Positions 1-11,087 of a stretch of 64,000 nt of DNA are shown here, piece by piece. The stretch's first letter is position 1; each line of letters begins with the position of its first letter. This DNA is from Hypanus sabinus. Lineage: Eukaryota. Where the stretch lies: assembly GCF_030144855.1 (NCBI RefSeq), contig NC_082720.1:44020001-44084000 (forward strand), given 5' to 3'. A program made the position numbers and the translations under genes. The notes beneath the pieces were generated by a model that saw nothing but the letters and a program-made list of their open reading frames with translations, ran no database searches and was not told where the DNA came from.

Positions 1-210
1 TGAATCTTTGGACACTACCTCACTTTTTTTTAATAAACAGTATTTCTGTTTTTGCACATGTTTTAATCTATTCAATATGTGTATACTGTAACTGATTTAC
101 TTAATTATTATTTTTTTCTCTGCTAGATTATGTAATGCATTGAACTGTTGCTGCTAAGTTAACAAATTTCACGTCATGTGCCCGTGATAATAAGCTGATT
201 CTGATTCTGA
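1..210 (+). mobile_element. LINE 3' UTR remnant with (GATTCT)n tail
   Basis: Ends in gataataagctgattctgattctga. A reverse-complement relative lies at about 17705-17950. Confidence 0.55.
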
Positions 211-249
211 CTTTTCACATTATATGTCAATGATTTTGATGACAGAATT

Positions 250-430
250 CACACAAAATGCTGGTGGAACACAGCAGGCCAGGCAGCATCTATAAGGAGA
301 AGCACTGTCGATGTTTCGGGCTGAGATCTTTCGTCAGGACTTCTCCTTATACATGCTGCCTGGTCTGCTGTGTTCCACCAGCATTTTGTGTGTGTTGTTT
401 GAATTTCCAGCATCTGCAGGTTTCCGCATG
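250..430. mobile_element. Short non-autonomous Penelope-derived hairpin element with a hammerhead motif
   Basis: 15-bp TSD TTTGATGACAGAATT (235-249 and 431-445). Inverted arms of about 53 bp (250-302 and 340-392). Same terminal sequence as the Penelope end at 3294-3353. Confidence 0.85.
305..341 (-). ncRNA. Degenerate minimal type I hammerhead ribozyme (Penelope-associated)
   Basis: The minus strand reads AGTC-CTGACGA-AAGATCTCAGCCC-GAAA-CATC-GAC: CUGANGA and GAAA boxes with a GTC/GAC stem I. Confidence 0.65.
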
Positions 431-885
431 TTTGATGACAGAATTAATGTCTTTGTGGATGATAAAAAGATAGGTGGAGGAGCAGGTAGTGTTGAGAAAG
501 CAAGGAGACTGCAGATGGTCATAAACAGACTGGAAGAATTAGGAATGAAGTAGCAGATGGAAGATAGTGTAGGGAAGTGTATGGTCATGATAGATAGAAG
601 GAATAAGTGCAAAGAGATTTTCTAAATGGGAAGAAAATTCAAAAGTTCAAAGGACTTGAGAGTCCTTGTGCAGTATTCCCTGAAGGTTAATTTACAGGTT
701 GAGTCAGTGGTAAGGAAGACAAATGCTATGCTAGCATTTATTTGAAGAGGACTTGAACATAGAGCAAGGTTGGAATTGTGGCTTTATAAGGCATTGGTCA
801 GACCATACTTGGAGTGTTATGAGAATTTTGGGCTCCTTATCAAAGAAAAGACTTGTTGGCATCGAAGAGAGTCCAGAGGAAGTTC

Positions 886-3353
886 TTCTTCTGCCAGCTC
901 CGTGTCCGAGCTTACTTCTTTGGCAAGGACTCTCCTACCCCCACCGGTGACCCCTTCTCCCGTCTTCAACCCTCCTCCTCTTCATGGACACCCCGCTCTG
1001 GTCTTCTGCCTGCTCTGGATCTCTTTATTGCTAATTGCTGATGGGACATCAAACGTCTCGACTTCACCACACCCTGTTCCAATTCCAACCCCACTCCTTC
1101 CGAACGCTCTGCTCTCCACTCTCTCCGCACCAATCCCAACCTCACTATAAAATCTGCTGATAAGGGGGGAGCCGTTGTTGTCTGGCGTACTGACCTCTAC
1201 CTGGCTGAGGCACAGCGACAACTCTCTGATACCTCCTCTTATTTACCCCTTGATCATGAACCCACTAAGGAGCACCAGGCCACTGTCTCCTATACCATCA
1301 CCAACCTTATCAGCTCTGGGGATCTCCCATCCACTGCCACCAACATCATAGTTCCCACACCCCACACTTCCCATTTCTACCTCCTACCCGAGATCCACAA
1401 ACCTGCTTGTCCAGGTAGACCCATTTTCTCAGTTTGCTCCTGCCCCACCGAACTCATTTCTGCATATCTTGACAGTCTTATCCCCCCCTTGTTCAATCTC
1501 TTCCCACCTATGTTTGTGACACTTCTCACACTTTGAATTTTTTCAATGATTTTAAGTTCCCTGGCCCCCATCGCGTTATTTTCACCATGGACGTCCAGTC
1601 CCTATATACCTCCATCCCCCACCTGGACGGTCTCAAAGCTCTTCACTTCTTTTTGGATTCCAGACCTAAACAATTCCCCTCTACCACCACTCTCCTTCAT
1701 CTAGCTGAATTAGTTCTTACTCTCAATAATTTTTCTTTTGGTTCCGCCCACTTCCTCCAAACCAAGGGTGTAGCCATGGGCACCCGTATGGGTCCCAGTT
1801 ATGCCTGCCTTTTTGTTGGCTTTGTGGAACAGTCCATGTTCCAACTCAATAGGGGTAACCATCCCCCTCTTTTCCTTTACTACATCGATGACTGCATTGG
1901 CGCTGCCTCCTGCACACATGCTGAGCTCGTTGACTTCATTAACTTTGCCTCCAAATCACCCTGCCCTCAAATTTACTTGGTCCATTTCCAACACCTCCTT
2001 CCCCTTTCTTGATCTTTCTGTCTCCATCTCTGGAGACGGCTTATCTACTGATATCTACTATAAGCCTACAGACTCTCACAGCTAACTGGACTGTTCCTCT
2101 TCCCACCCTGTCTCTTGCAAAAATGCTATCCCCTTCTCACAATTCCTCCGTCTCCACCGCATCTGCTCTCAGGATGAGGCTTTTCATTCCAGGAAGAAGG
2201 AGATGCCTTCCTTTTTTAAACAAAGGGGCTTCCCTTCTTCCACCATCAACTCTGCTCTCAAATGCATCTCTCCCATTTCCCACACATTTGCCCTCACCCA
2301 TTCCACCCGCCACCCCACTCGAAAGGTCCTGCTTGTCCTCACCTACCACCCCATCAGCTTCCAGGTCCAACGTTTAATTCTCCGTAACTTCCGCCACCTC
2401 CAATGGGATCCCACTACCAAGCACATCTTTCCCTCCCCACCTCTTTCTGCTTTCCACAGGGATCACTCCCTACATGACTACCTTGTCCACTCGTACCCCC
2501 CCCCCCCATCTCTTCCCACCAATCTCCCTCCTGGCACTTATCCTTGTAAGCGAAACAAGTGCTATACCTGCCCTTACACTTCCTCCCTCACCACCATTCA
2601 GGGCCCCAGATAGTCCTTCCAGGTGAGGCGACACTTCACCTGTGAGTCGGCTGGAGTGGTATACTGTGTCCGGTGATCCCGGTGTGGCCTCTTATATATT
2701 GGTGAGACCCGACGCAGACTGGGAGACCATTTCACTGAACACCTACGCTCAGTCCGCCAGAGAATGCAGGATCTCCCAGTGGCCACACATTTTAATTCCA
2801 CATCCCATTCCCATTCTGATATGTCTATCCATGGACATATTCCCATTCTGATTTATCTCTACTGTCAAGATGAATCCACACTCAGGTTGGAGGAACAACA
2901 CCTTATATACCAGCTGGGTAGCCTCCAACCTGATGGCATGAACATTGATTTCCCTAACTTCCGATAATGCCCCTCCTCCCCTTCTTACCCCATCCCTGAC
3001 ATATTTAGTTGTTTGTTTTTTTTCCCTCTCTCTTTCTGCCCATCACCCTGCCTGTTCTCCATCTCCCTCTGGAGCTCCCCCCTCCCCCTTTCTTTCTCCC
3101 GAGGCCTCCCATCCCATGATCCTTTCCCCTCTCCAGCTCTGTATCACTTTCACCAATCACTTTTCCAGCTCTTAGTTTCATCCCAACCCCTCCGGTCTTC
3201 TCCTATCAATTCGCACTTCCCCCTTCCCCCCACTACTTTCAAATCTCTTAGTATCTCTCCTTTCAGTTAGTCCTGACGAAGGGTCTCAGCATCTTCTCCC
3301 TATAGATGCTGCCTGGCCTGCTGTGTTCCACCAGCATTTTGTGTGTGTTGTTG
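886..3353 (+). mobile_element. Penelope-like retroelement, 5'-truncated (RT plus GIY-YIG endonuclease), degenerate
   Basis: RT motifs FTMDVQSLYTSIP, GVAMGTRMGPSYA, YYIDD and IYYKPTDSH. GIY-YIG region YCV..RCGLLYIGETRRRLGDHFTEH at about 2660-2750. 13-bp TSD CCAGAGGAAGTTC (873-885 and 3354-3366). Partial hammerhead CCTGACGAAGGGTCTC at about 3272. Confidence 0.92.
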
Positions 3354-6350
3354 CCAGAGGAAGTTCATTTGATTCTGTGAATGAAAGGGTGAGTATTTGA
3401 TGGCTCTGGGCCTGTACTTGCTGGGGTTCAGAAGAATGTGGGAGGAGCTCATTGAAACCTATTGATATTGAAATGCCTAGATAGAGTGTATATGGAGAGG
3501 ATGTTTCCTTAAGTGGGTGAGTCTAGGATCAGAGGGAACAGCCTCAGAATAGGACATCCGTTTAGAATAGAGAAGAGGAGGAATTTCTTTAGCCAGAAGG
3601 TGGTGAATCTATGAAATCTTCTGTCATTAACAGCGGTGGAGTATGTTTAAAGCAGAGATTGATAGGTTCTTGATCAGTCAGGATGTCAAATGTTAAATGG
3701 TGTTAGGAAACAAATCCAACTATGCCAGCTGCCGGGATTGAGATGCTCTAACTCTCTGGAATATAGGTATTTGGTGTGACCTCTTTAAAGATTGAGAATT
3801 GTCCCACTAATCGGCAATCAGGTTTTGGGCACCAAGAATTGCGTATTTAAAGAGCACCTGAACTGAGTCTCATTGCTCAGTCATAAACCCAACCAGAAAT
3901 ATCATCTAGTGTTTTGTTTTGTTCTCAGTTCTTGATCCAGTTTATTCCAGGATTCTATCCTAGCCTTGGATACTCCAGCATTTGGGTCCAAACCATCCTC
4001 GGCAAGGACTCTTGACAGAGTACGACTGCATTAGTATGGGGCCTGCAGGGTATCAGTGTCTTTTGTCGGCTGTGACCAGCCACAGCGAGAAGATTTCCAG
4101 AGTAAGCCCGGATAGAAATGACCTCCAGGTTGCTGTTAGTCAACTTTTGCAAGGAGGAAGCCAGATTCGCTTGGGAAATCCTTTCAGGAAATCCTTAAAG
4201 AGCCAGAACATTTTCCACTGCCGAGAAGTTCGATGGAGACCCAGGCTCTTGCCACAGCTTCATCTCTCAGTGCTCATTAGTATTCAAACTCCACCCATCC
4301 TGCTTCCCTTCAGAACGCAGAAAGGTGGCCGACATTATCTTTCCTCTGACTGGAAGAGCCCTGGCGTGGGCCACCACGCATTGGGAAGGAAAGTCAGAGG
4401 CTTGCTCAGATTCAGGAGAATTCATGGCCACCATGAATAGGGTACGTTCAATCACCCAGCTGGACCCAGCCGAACCATGGACCATCTGATGAAGATTCAA
4501 CAGGGCTGATGGTCAGTGGCTGTCTACGCTATGAAGTTTCAAACCTTGGCCCAAGTAAGTGGCTGGAACTGAGAGGTCTTGACCACACTATCCCACCACA
4601 GACTTTGAGATGAATTCAAGGATGCTCTCACCTTGGGAGATACAGCAGAGAACTTAAAGGATCTGATGGACCAATGTATTCATCTCGATAATCATCTGGC
4701 AGGGCATTAAGTGGGACAATATCAAGCTGTCAAAGAGGGCGTGACTGACCCTGACCTCAAAGTATCATAGTTCCACTCCCCGATCTCGGACCATGACCAG
4801 CTTGTTTCCTGCTCAGGACCCTGTCAAGCCCAAGCAAATAGGTCGCATAAGAATCTCCGGCAATGAGAAGTTCCAGCGTCAGCGTCAAGGTTGCTGCTAT
4901 TACTACAGTGAAGCAGGTCACCTGAGGGCCAAATATCCGAAGCTGCAGCAGTCAGGAGAACTGTTAAGACCATTCTGTGTTGGGAGGAATGTGATGGTAA
5001 TGTCCACTGCCCCCAACCTCACAGTTTTTGGTATCACGCTGAGGGCTGAGATCTCCTGGGGTATGAACCGGCAAGAGGTGAATGCTTTTTTGGTCCCTGG
5101 GGCAGCCGGAGTATTCCTGGAGACAGCCCGTCGGCTCAACATACCACTGCAGCAGTTGAGGCAGCCCATGCCTGCAACTGCCTTAGATAGCCGTGTGCTT
5201 GGATCCAGGCAGATCCAGCAGCGGACACTGGTCTGGTAGATGAGGATAGGGGATCATGCAGAGGACATTATTTTCTACATCATTTAGCCTCCTCACATAC
5301 CCCCCACCCTTGGCTGTCCCAACCTAACCCTTCCAGGAACTGGAAAGAGGGCAGGATCATTTCATGGGCCAGACACTGCAGGAATGTTTATTTAGGCTTG
5401 GTGCTCTGAACCCCAGTCTCCCCCAATAAGGGGGAGCAGCCCATGAGGAGGTAGGCTTCTGTTCCAGGTAACCTGGAGCCTTCAGGAAACACAGTCCTGC
5501 CTTCAAGGGCAAACAAGCCAGTTACAGCCAACAAGCCCATGCAAGTCCAGAGCCTTTCCAATCGGGGTGTGCTACAACTAGATCACTAGTTCACGAGCAA
5601 ACCAAGGAGGTGCCCAAGCAGTCTAGAACACTAGCAGCGAAGCCAAAGGTCTCCACTTGCCAGGTCCCATCTAAGATGAAGGCTCCGAAATGGCTCCCAG
5701 GAGCACGAGGACCATTTGTCACACCTTGCTGCCGATGTCTGAGGATATGGATGATGATTTTCATTGTGATTTGGCCTCTATTTTCACTAATGACTCTTGT
5801 GAACCTATGGAGGAGACTCTGGGGTCTGCCAAATCAACCTCACTACCTAAGGAGTCTCAGGAATCATCCTCAGGGGAAGGTTCAGGGGAAATTGCAGCAC
5901 CCAAGCCAGTAGAAATCCCTCCAGTCTACAAGGATTTGGAAGAGGTCTTCAGCAAGGGAAAGGCTTTGACTCTTCCCCGGCACTAACTTTGCTAAAGATC
6001 TACTGCCTGGTACTTGTCCTCTGAAGGGTTGAATATACATGCTCTTGAGCCTAGCGAGAAGCACTATGGAGGAGAATCTGAAGGAGGCTCTTGCCCTGGG
6101 ATTCATTCAGCCGTTCACCTCTCCAGCCAGTGCTGGCTTCTTCTTCGTAAAGAAAAAGGACGGGAGCCTGTGGGCATGCATTGATTATAGAGGACTGCAT
6201 CACATAACAGTCGAGAATCATTACCTTCTTACCACTCATGGACACTGTCTTTGAGATTATCCAAGGGTCAAGAGTATTCTTGAAGCTAGACTTGCAGAGT
6301 GACATACAATCTGGCTCACATAAAGGAAGGTGACAAGTGGAAGACAGCTC

Positions 6351-9300
6351 AGTGCCCTCTTATCAGTCGGGATGGGAACTTCAGAAATAACCTGTACTTT
6401 CGCCTGCACAGGGGCCAGCTGCCCGTCCTACCACATACCCTAGGTATGTGACTGTGGCATGGCCGAACTCACTTTCGGTGAGGTTCACTGTGAGATTTGC
6501 CTCAGACAGCCATTTAAACAGTTTTTCTACCAGCTTGCTTCCCTTCAAGGTCACTCTGTAGGGATGCTGCTTAATAGCCTAGACTGAATTTACAATGACA
6601 TCATGCATTGTACACGTGCACAGTCTTAGAATATCAGGGAATAAACCTTTATACTTGTCAATTAAGCTCTTAAGTTGTTTTTGCTGCTTTGACTGCAAAT
6701 GTTGAATTTTTCCATCAATATTTTCCAAAACATCAGACTTTCTGAGTCTTGTGAAAACTACAGGGTGTAAAACTACAGTAAATTGAATTGGTACTCCAGT
6801 ACTAGACATGACAATCTCCTCCATTGTCATAACAGTACTCACTGTTGCAGGGTAGGAGTCATAAAAACCCTTAATCACATTTTCATTCTGGTCTGACCAT
6901 TGCTCTCTCGGTAAGGTCAAAGGTGATACAACATGCTTAGCTCTCAACCCTTTAACTATCCCCTGGAATGTTCTCAATGTAAAGTTACTACCCTGGACAG
7001 ATTGGATTCCTTTAGGTAGACCTACCAGTGTAGAAAATTTTATAAATGCTTTTACCAGCGTATTGGCCTGGATGGTCCAGAGGGGCCCCATTCCATGGAA
7101 CCTAGACACAGCACACATGATGGTTAACAGATTCTCGTAGCCAGCTGCAGTCTTTGGCAATGGGCCCACACAATCCACTATGACCCTGGAAGATGGTTTA
7201 CCAAGAACAGGTATCGGCCTAAATGGTACTGCTAAGATCACCTGATTAGGTTTTCCTAAACCCTGACAGGTATGACAAGCCCTGCTCAATTTCACAACAT
7301 CCTTCCTTAAATTAGGCCAGTAGAATTCCTTCTCACTTCCATTTACAGTCTTTTCCACTTCAAAGTGTCCACCTAAAGACATATTATAAGCCACATTTAA
7401 AATTCCAGCCCTGTAAACTTTTGAGACCACCACTTGGTCAATTGCCCAATCCTCATCTGCAAACCCAGTAGGTGGTCTCCTCCTCCTCATCAATACCCCA
7501 TCTTTCAGGTAATATCCTGCTGACCCTTTCCAAACCTCCTCTTTTGTGAGAGCTGTCTCCTTTAACACAGTAATTTCAGAATCTCTACTTTGCTCTGCTA
7601 TAAATTCATCCTTTGACAAAGACAAGCCTTTCTCATCCTCCTTACTCTCCAAATCCTGCTGTAACATGAAAGGTAGAAAAGTCTCTGACAAACTTCCATA
7701 AATTAAACTCCTATCTCTGCTAACTGCATCAGTATCTGTGCGTGGGTTGCCAGCCCCAAACTTGCTCATTAGCCGTTCCACTGACTTAATTTCACCCTAG
7801 ATAAGTGCCAATTTAATGTTTACCAAGCTCAGCACCATCATGTTTACATTCTGGAAGTTCCCAAATAAACCATCTAATCTATTTCTTCAACTTTTACTTT
7901 GATTGGTCCCCATAGTAACCCTGACATGTGGTCTCTCAAAACCAAAACCATCCTTTTTCTCTACATTGTCATCTTGAACAACAGTTCTCCAACTTTGGAG
8001 TGGTTTACTTTCAACTTCTAAAACAGAGTTTAACAAGCTGACGCATTCTTCAACAGACAGTTGTTCTGCAAGCAGGGTCAAAGGTTGTGAAACCAGTCCA
8101 AACTTCTCCAGTTCTTTATTTAAAAATCCAGACACAGTTCCTTCCTCACTATTGTCCATTAAATTCACTTCACCAGCTTTCATCTCATCACTAACTCTTA
8201 GAACACCATCTAACACAAGTGACTGATAATCCTCACTTTCCACTGGTGCCGGGGTTAACCCCTTACTCACTGAACCAAGTCCATCTGACCCAAAAGGACT
8301 GCATTCCTCTTTAACCAAATCAGATACCTCAGATCTTTCTTGAGTTTCAACACAAGGTTCAGTACCCTGTGAATCCTCAGATACTTCCAACAACCTGCAC
8401 ACAGGCAAACAGGACATCTGCCTCTTCTAGGCTTTCAATACCAGTCTCAGTTGCAAATTCCAAGTTCCCCTGATCCTCCCAGTTACTCTCTGGGAAACTC
8501 CTATCCGGAGCAAACTCAACCTTGTGGGCTAAAACAAACTCGTCTGCCAACCCAGAAGACTCCCTCAAGGTAGCGGCATCCTTTTCATCTTGGAATGCCT
8601 TTTCATCATCGGGAACACACTTCTTAAATTCATCAATTACAACCAGCTCTTTCAAGCTATATACATCATCAATGCCAAACACTGGATCTCCCAGCTGCAA
8701 TATTCTTATCTTTTCTAGCTCTAACTGCCTTTTTTCCCTTTCCTTCTCTGCCTCCAGCTCCAGCTTCCTTACTCGGAGCTCATGCTCCCTTTTCCTTTCT
8801 TCTTCCTCTCTTTCCTCTTTCCGTCTCTCTACTTTCCTCTTCTCTTCCTCCTCTCTTTCCTCTTTCTGCCTCTCTACCTCCAACTGTTTTATTCCAAACT
8901 CATGTTCGTACTTCATTATATCCGCCTGAAGCCGAACCTCAACCTCAGTAAATGTTTCACCCTCATCAAACAACTCCAATGCCTCCTCCTCGAATTTCCC
9001 CTCAGCTACTTAATGATGTGCTATTAACAGCTATACCTGAGCCCTCCTCATGCGAGTGGTCACCTTAATCTTTAACTTCCAAGAAATTTGCAGCAGTACA
9101 TCCCTTTTAGCCTCATCCAGCCCCTCAGGGTTTGGATCCGTCACAAACTTATTAACCTCAGACTCCATTTCTGCTGTCTACCTTTTTAGTTTCCCACACA
9201 ACCAGAGCAGATAAGGGAATTCTACCCCAATCAATTCACCGACCCCCAATTTGGTATTCAAATCCTGGACGAGCCCCCAATTTGTTAATACCCCATAACT

Positions 9301-10265
9301 CGGTTAACAAACCAGCAGAAATAGAATACACGTTGGAGTCTGTAATTACTAGTAACTAATAAAGTTTATTAGCAAACTAAGTAATACAGTACAAAACTAA
9401 AATGCAAATATGTATATATTACAGGTTAACATGGTATATATGGTAAAAGGAATCAAAAACCAAGCTCTTCCAAAGTCTAGGGGTAAATGAATAGTCTTAG
9501 GAGATGATGGAAGTTCAGTTCAGTTCAGTTTAGCTTAGGTCGAAGTAGTTGCTGGTGTAACATTGGAGAAAGAGAGAGAGGGAGAGAGAGAGAGAGTGAG
9601 TGAGATGTGAGCAGCTGCAGCAGGCAAACCTTCTGTTGTCTTCTTGTTCCGTTGTACTGATGTGGTCATTCAGATATGCCCCCTTCGTTAACGGCTAGAC
9701 CGTTCTTCCGTGGTGGACTCATCACTCTGGCATGAGTGGACACACACACAAGCCCCATCCAGTCCTGCCGTCACACTGTGAGCTTTGTGATCGATCTCCT
9801 GAATTGGTCCTCCAAGCCCCCACCTTCCTGTGGGTGCACAACACTCTTACAGTGTCTCGAGGTGTGTCTGTCTGTGTCTCAGCAGACCCGTCTTTTATCT
9901 CCCATGACAGAGTGTCAGCCATCAATCAACTGACCATGTCCATGTCCATCAAACTGGCCACTCCCTCCTGTCTCAGCAGGCACCTGACATCACTCTGCTG
10001 TGTCAGCAGGGATCCACACAAGCAGGCCAAATGTCCTTGGTGTTAAAGTCAACAATTAGCGAAGAAGCCATAATACTAAATCATCTATTTTAATCCTTGT
10101 GTCTCTCTCTCCCATCTGTGTTGCATGACTCTCCCTCCCCCTCTGTTCTTCATCTCTCTCTCGTTCACGGGGGGGGGGGGGGTCAGTGTCCAAAAGACAG
10201 CCTCATTCTACTGACATTTTACAGTGTTAGTCCACAGAAAATATGAACCCTAGGGGTACATAACA
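6351..10265 (-). mobile_element. Gmr1-like Gypsy LTR retrotransposon (integrase before RT), 3'-truncated, nested in the chromovirus RT
   Basis: 5' LTR 9283-10265 (TGTTA..TAACA). PBS TGGGGGCTCGTCCAGGAT at 9262-9279 matches tRNA-Pro. Coiled-coil gag at 8377-8979. ORF 6579-7781 has the integrase H2C2 and core (GGHFEVEKT, CHTCQ, VIVDCVGPLPKT) followed by the RT N-terminus (IKQHPYR) and RT remnants (TYLGYVV). Confidence 0.88.
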
Positions 10266-11087
10266 ATACCGATAGAGCATGAATACCTCGTCATACCCTT
10301 TGGCTTTGTGAATGTGTCAGCAGTTTTCCAGGCCTTTAAAAATGACATGCTCTGGGATGCTCTCCATTAAGTATGCCTTCATCTAATTTTCTTGAAGTCC
10401 ATGGAGGAACATGTTGCTCATGTCAGACATTTCTTAAAGAAGCTTCTTGAAAATGGAGAGGCTTTTTCATTAAGCTGGAATGTCATGTATCCAGTATTCC
10501 ATTTTTGGGTTTCATCATCTCTAATGGCAATCTCAAGATGGACCACAGTAGGATACAGGCAGTCGGAGATTGGCCACAAGCATTCAGTGTGAAACAAGTC
10601 CAATGATTCCTGGAATTTGCAAATTTTACCAAAAGTTCATCAGAAACTTCAGCTTGAACCAAGAAATCCAAGGGCCCTTTTGTTTGGACTACCGAAGTGG
10701 AGACTGCTTTTGCAGAGCTCAAACAGCGGTTCATCACAGCTCCCATTTTCGTTACACTCAACCTGGACTTTCCCTTCATTGTGGGGATGGAAGCCTTGGA
10801 CGTTAGTGTGAGTGCAATATTTTCTCCATGGACACCTTCAGACAATAAACTGCACCCATGTGAATTCTTTTCTAGGCAGCTATCCCCGGCAGAGGTGAAC
10901 TACGACATTGGAAATAGAGAGCTTCTCACAGTCAATTTGGCTCAGGATACACGGTGTTACTGGCTTGAGAGGGGCAGGAACCCTTTTATCAGATGAACAG
11001 ACGACAAAAACCTGACTTATATTCAGGAAGCCAAGTGACCGAATTCCAGGCAGGCCAGGTGGTCGTTCTTCTTTAGAGCTTTGACCA

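Larger units (their letters stand above)
211..3700 (+). mobile_element. CR1 LINE 3' portion, interrupted by two Penelope-like insertions and by the Gypsy element; tail resumes at 17031-17150
   Basis: RT C-terminal remnants (LYKALVRPYLEC; LQMVINRLEE). The CR1 3' UTR continues after the 3' LTR at 17031 (gggagaaggcaggagaatgggg). Confidence 0.8.

Noticed and set aside
4030-5240. PEG10/RTL1-like domesticated gag gene
   Set aside because: It has many stops and frameshifts and both LTRs are present, so it is an ordinary decayed Sushi-like element.
6579-8979. Longest ORFs (400, 176 and 200 aa) as a host gene or domesticated integrase
   Set aside because: They lie downstream of an LTR and PBS, are split by stops and frameshifts, and the integrase core is partly deleted. 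This is a decayed retrotransposon.
9262-9279. tRNA gene (also considered at about 48361-48373)
   Set aside because: Only the 3'-end complement is present, next to an LTR. These are primer-binding sites.
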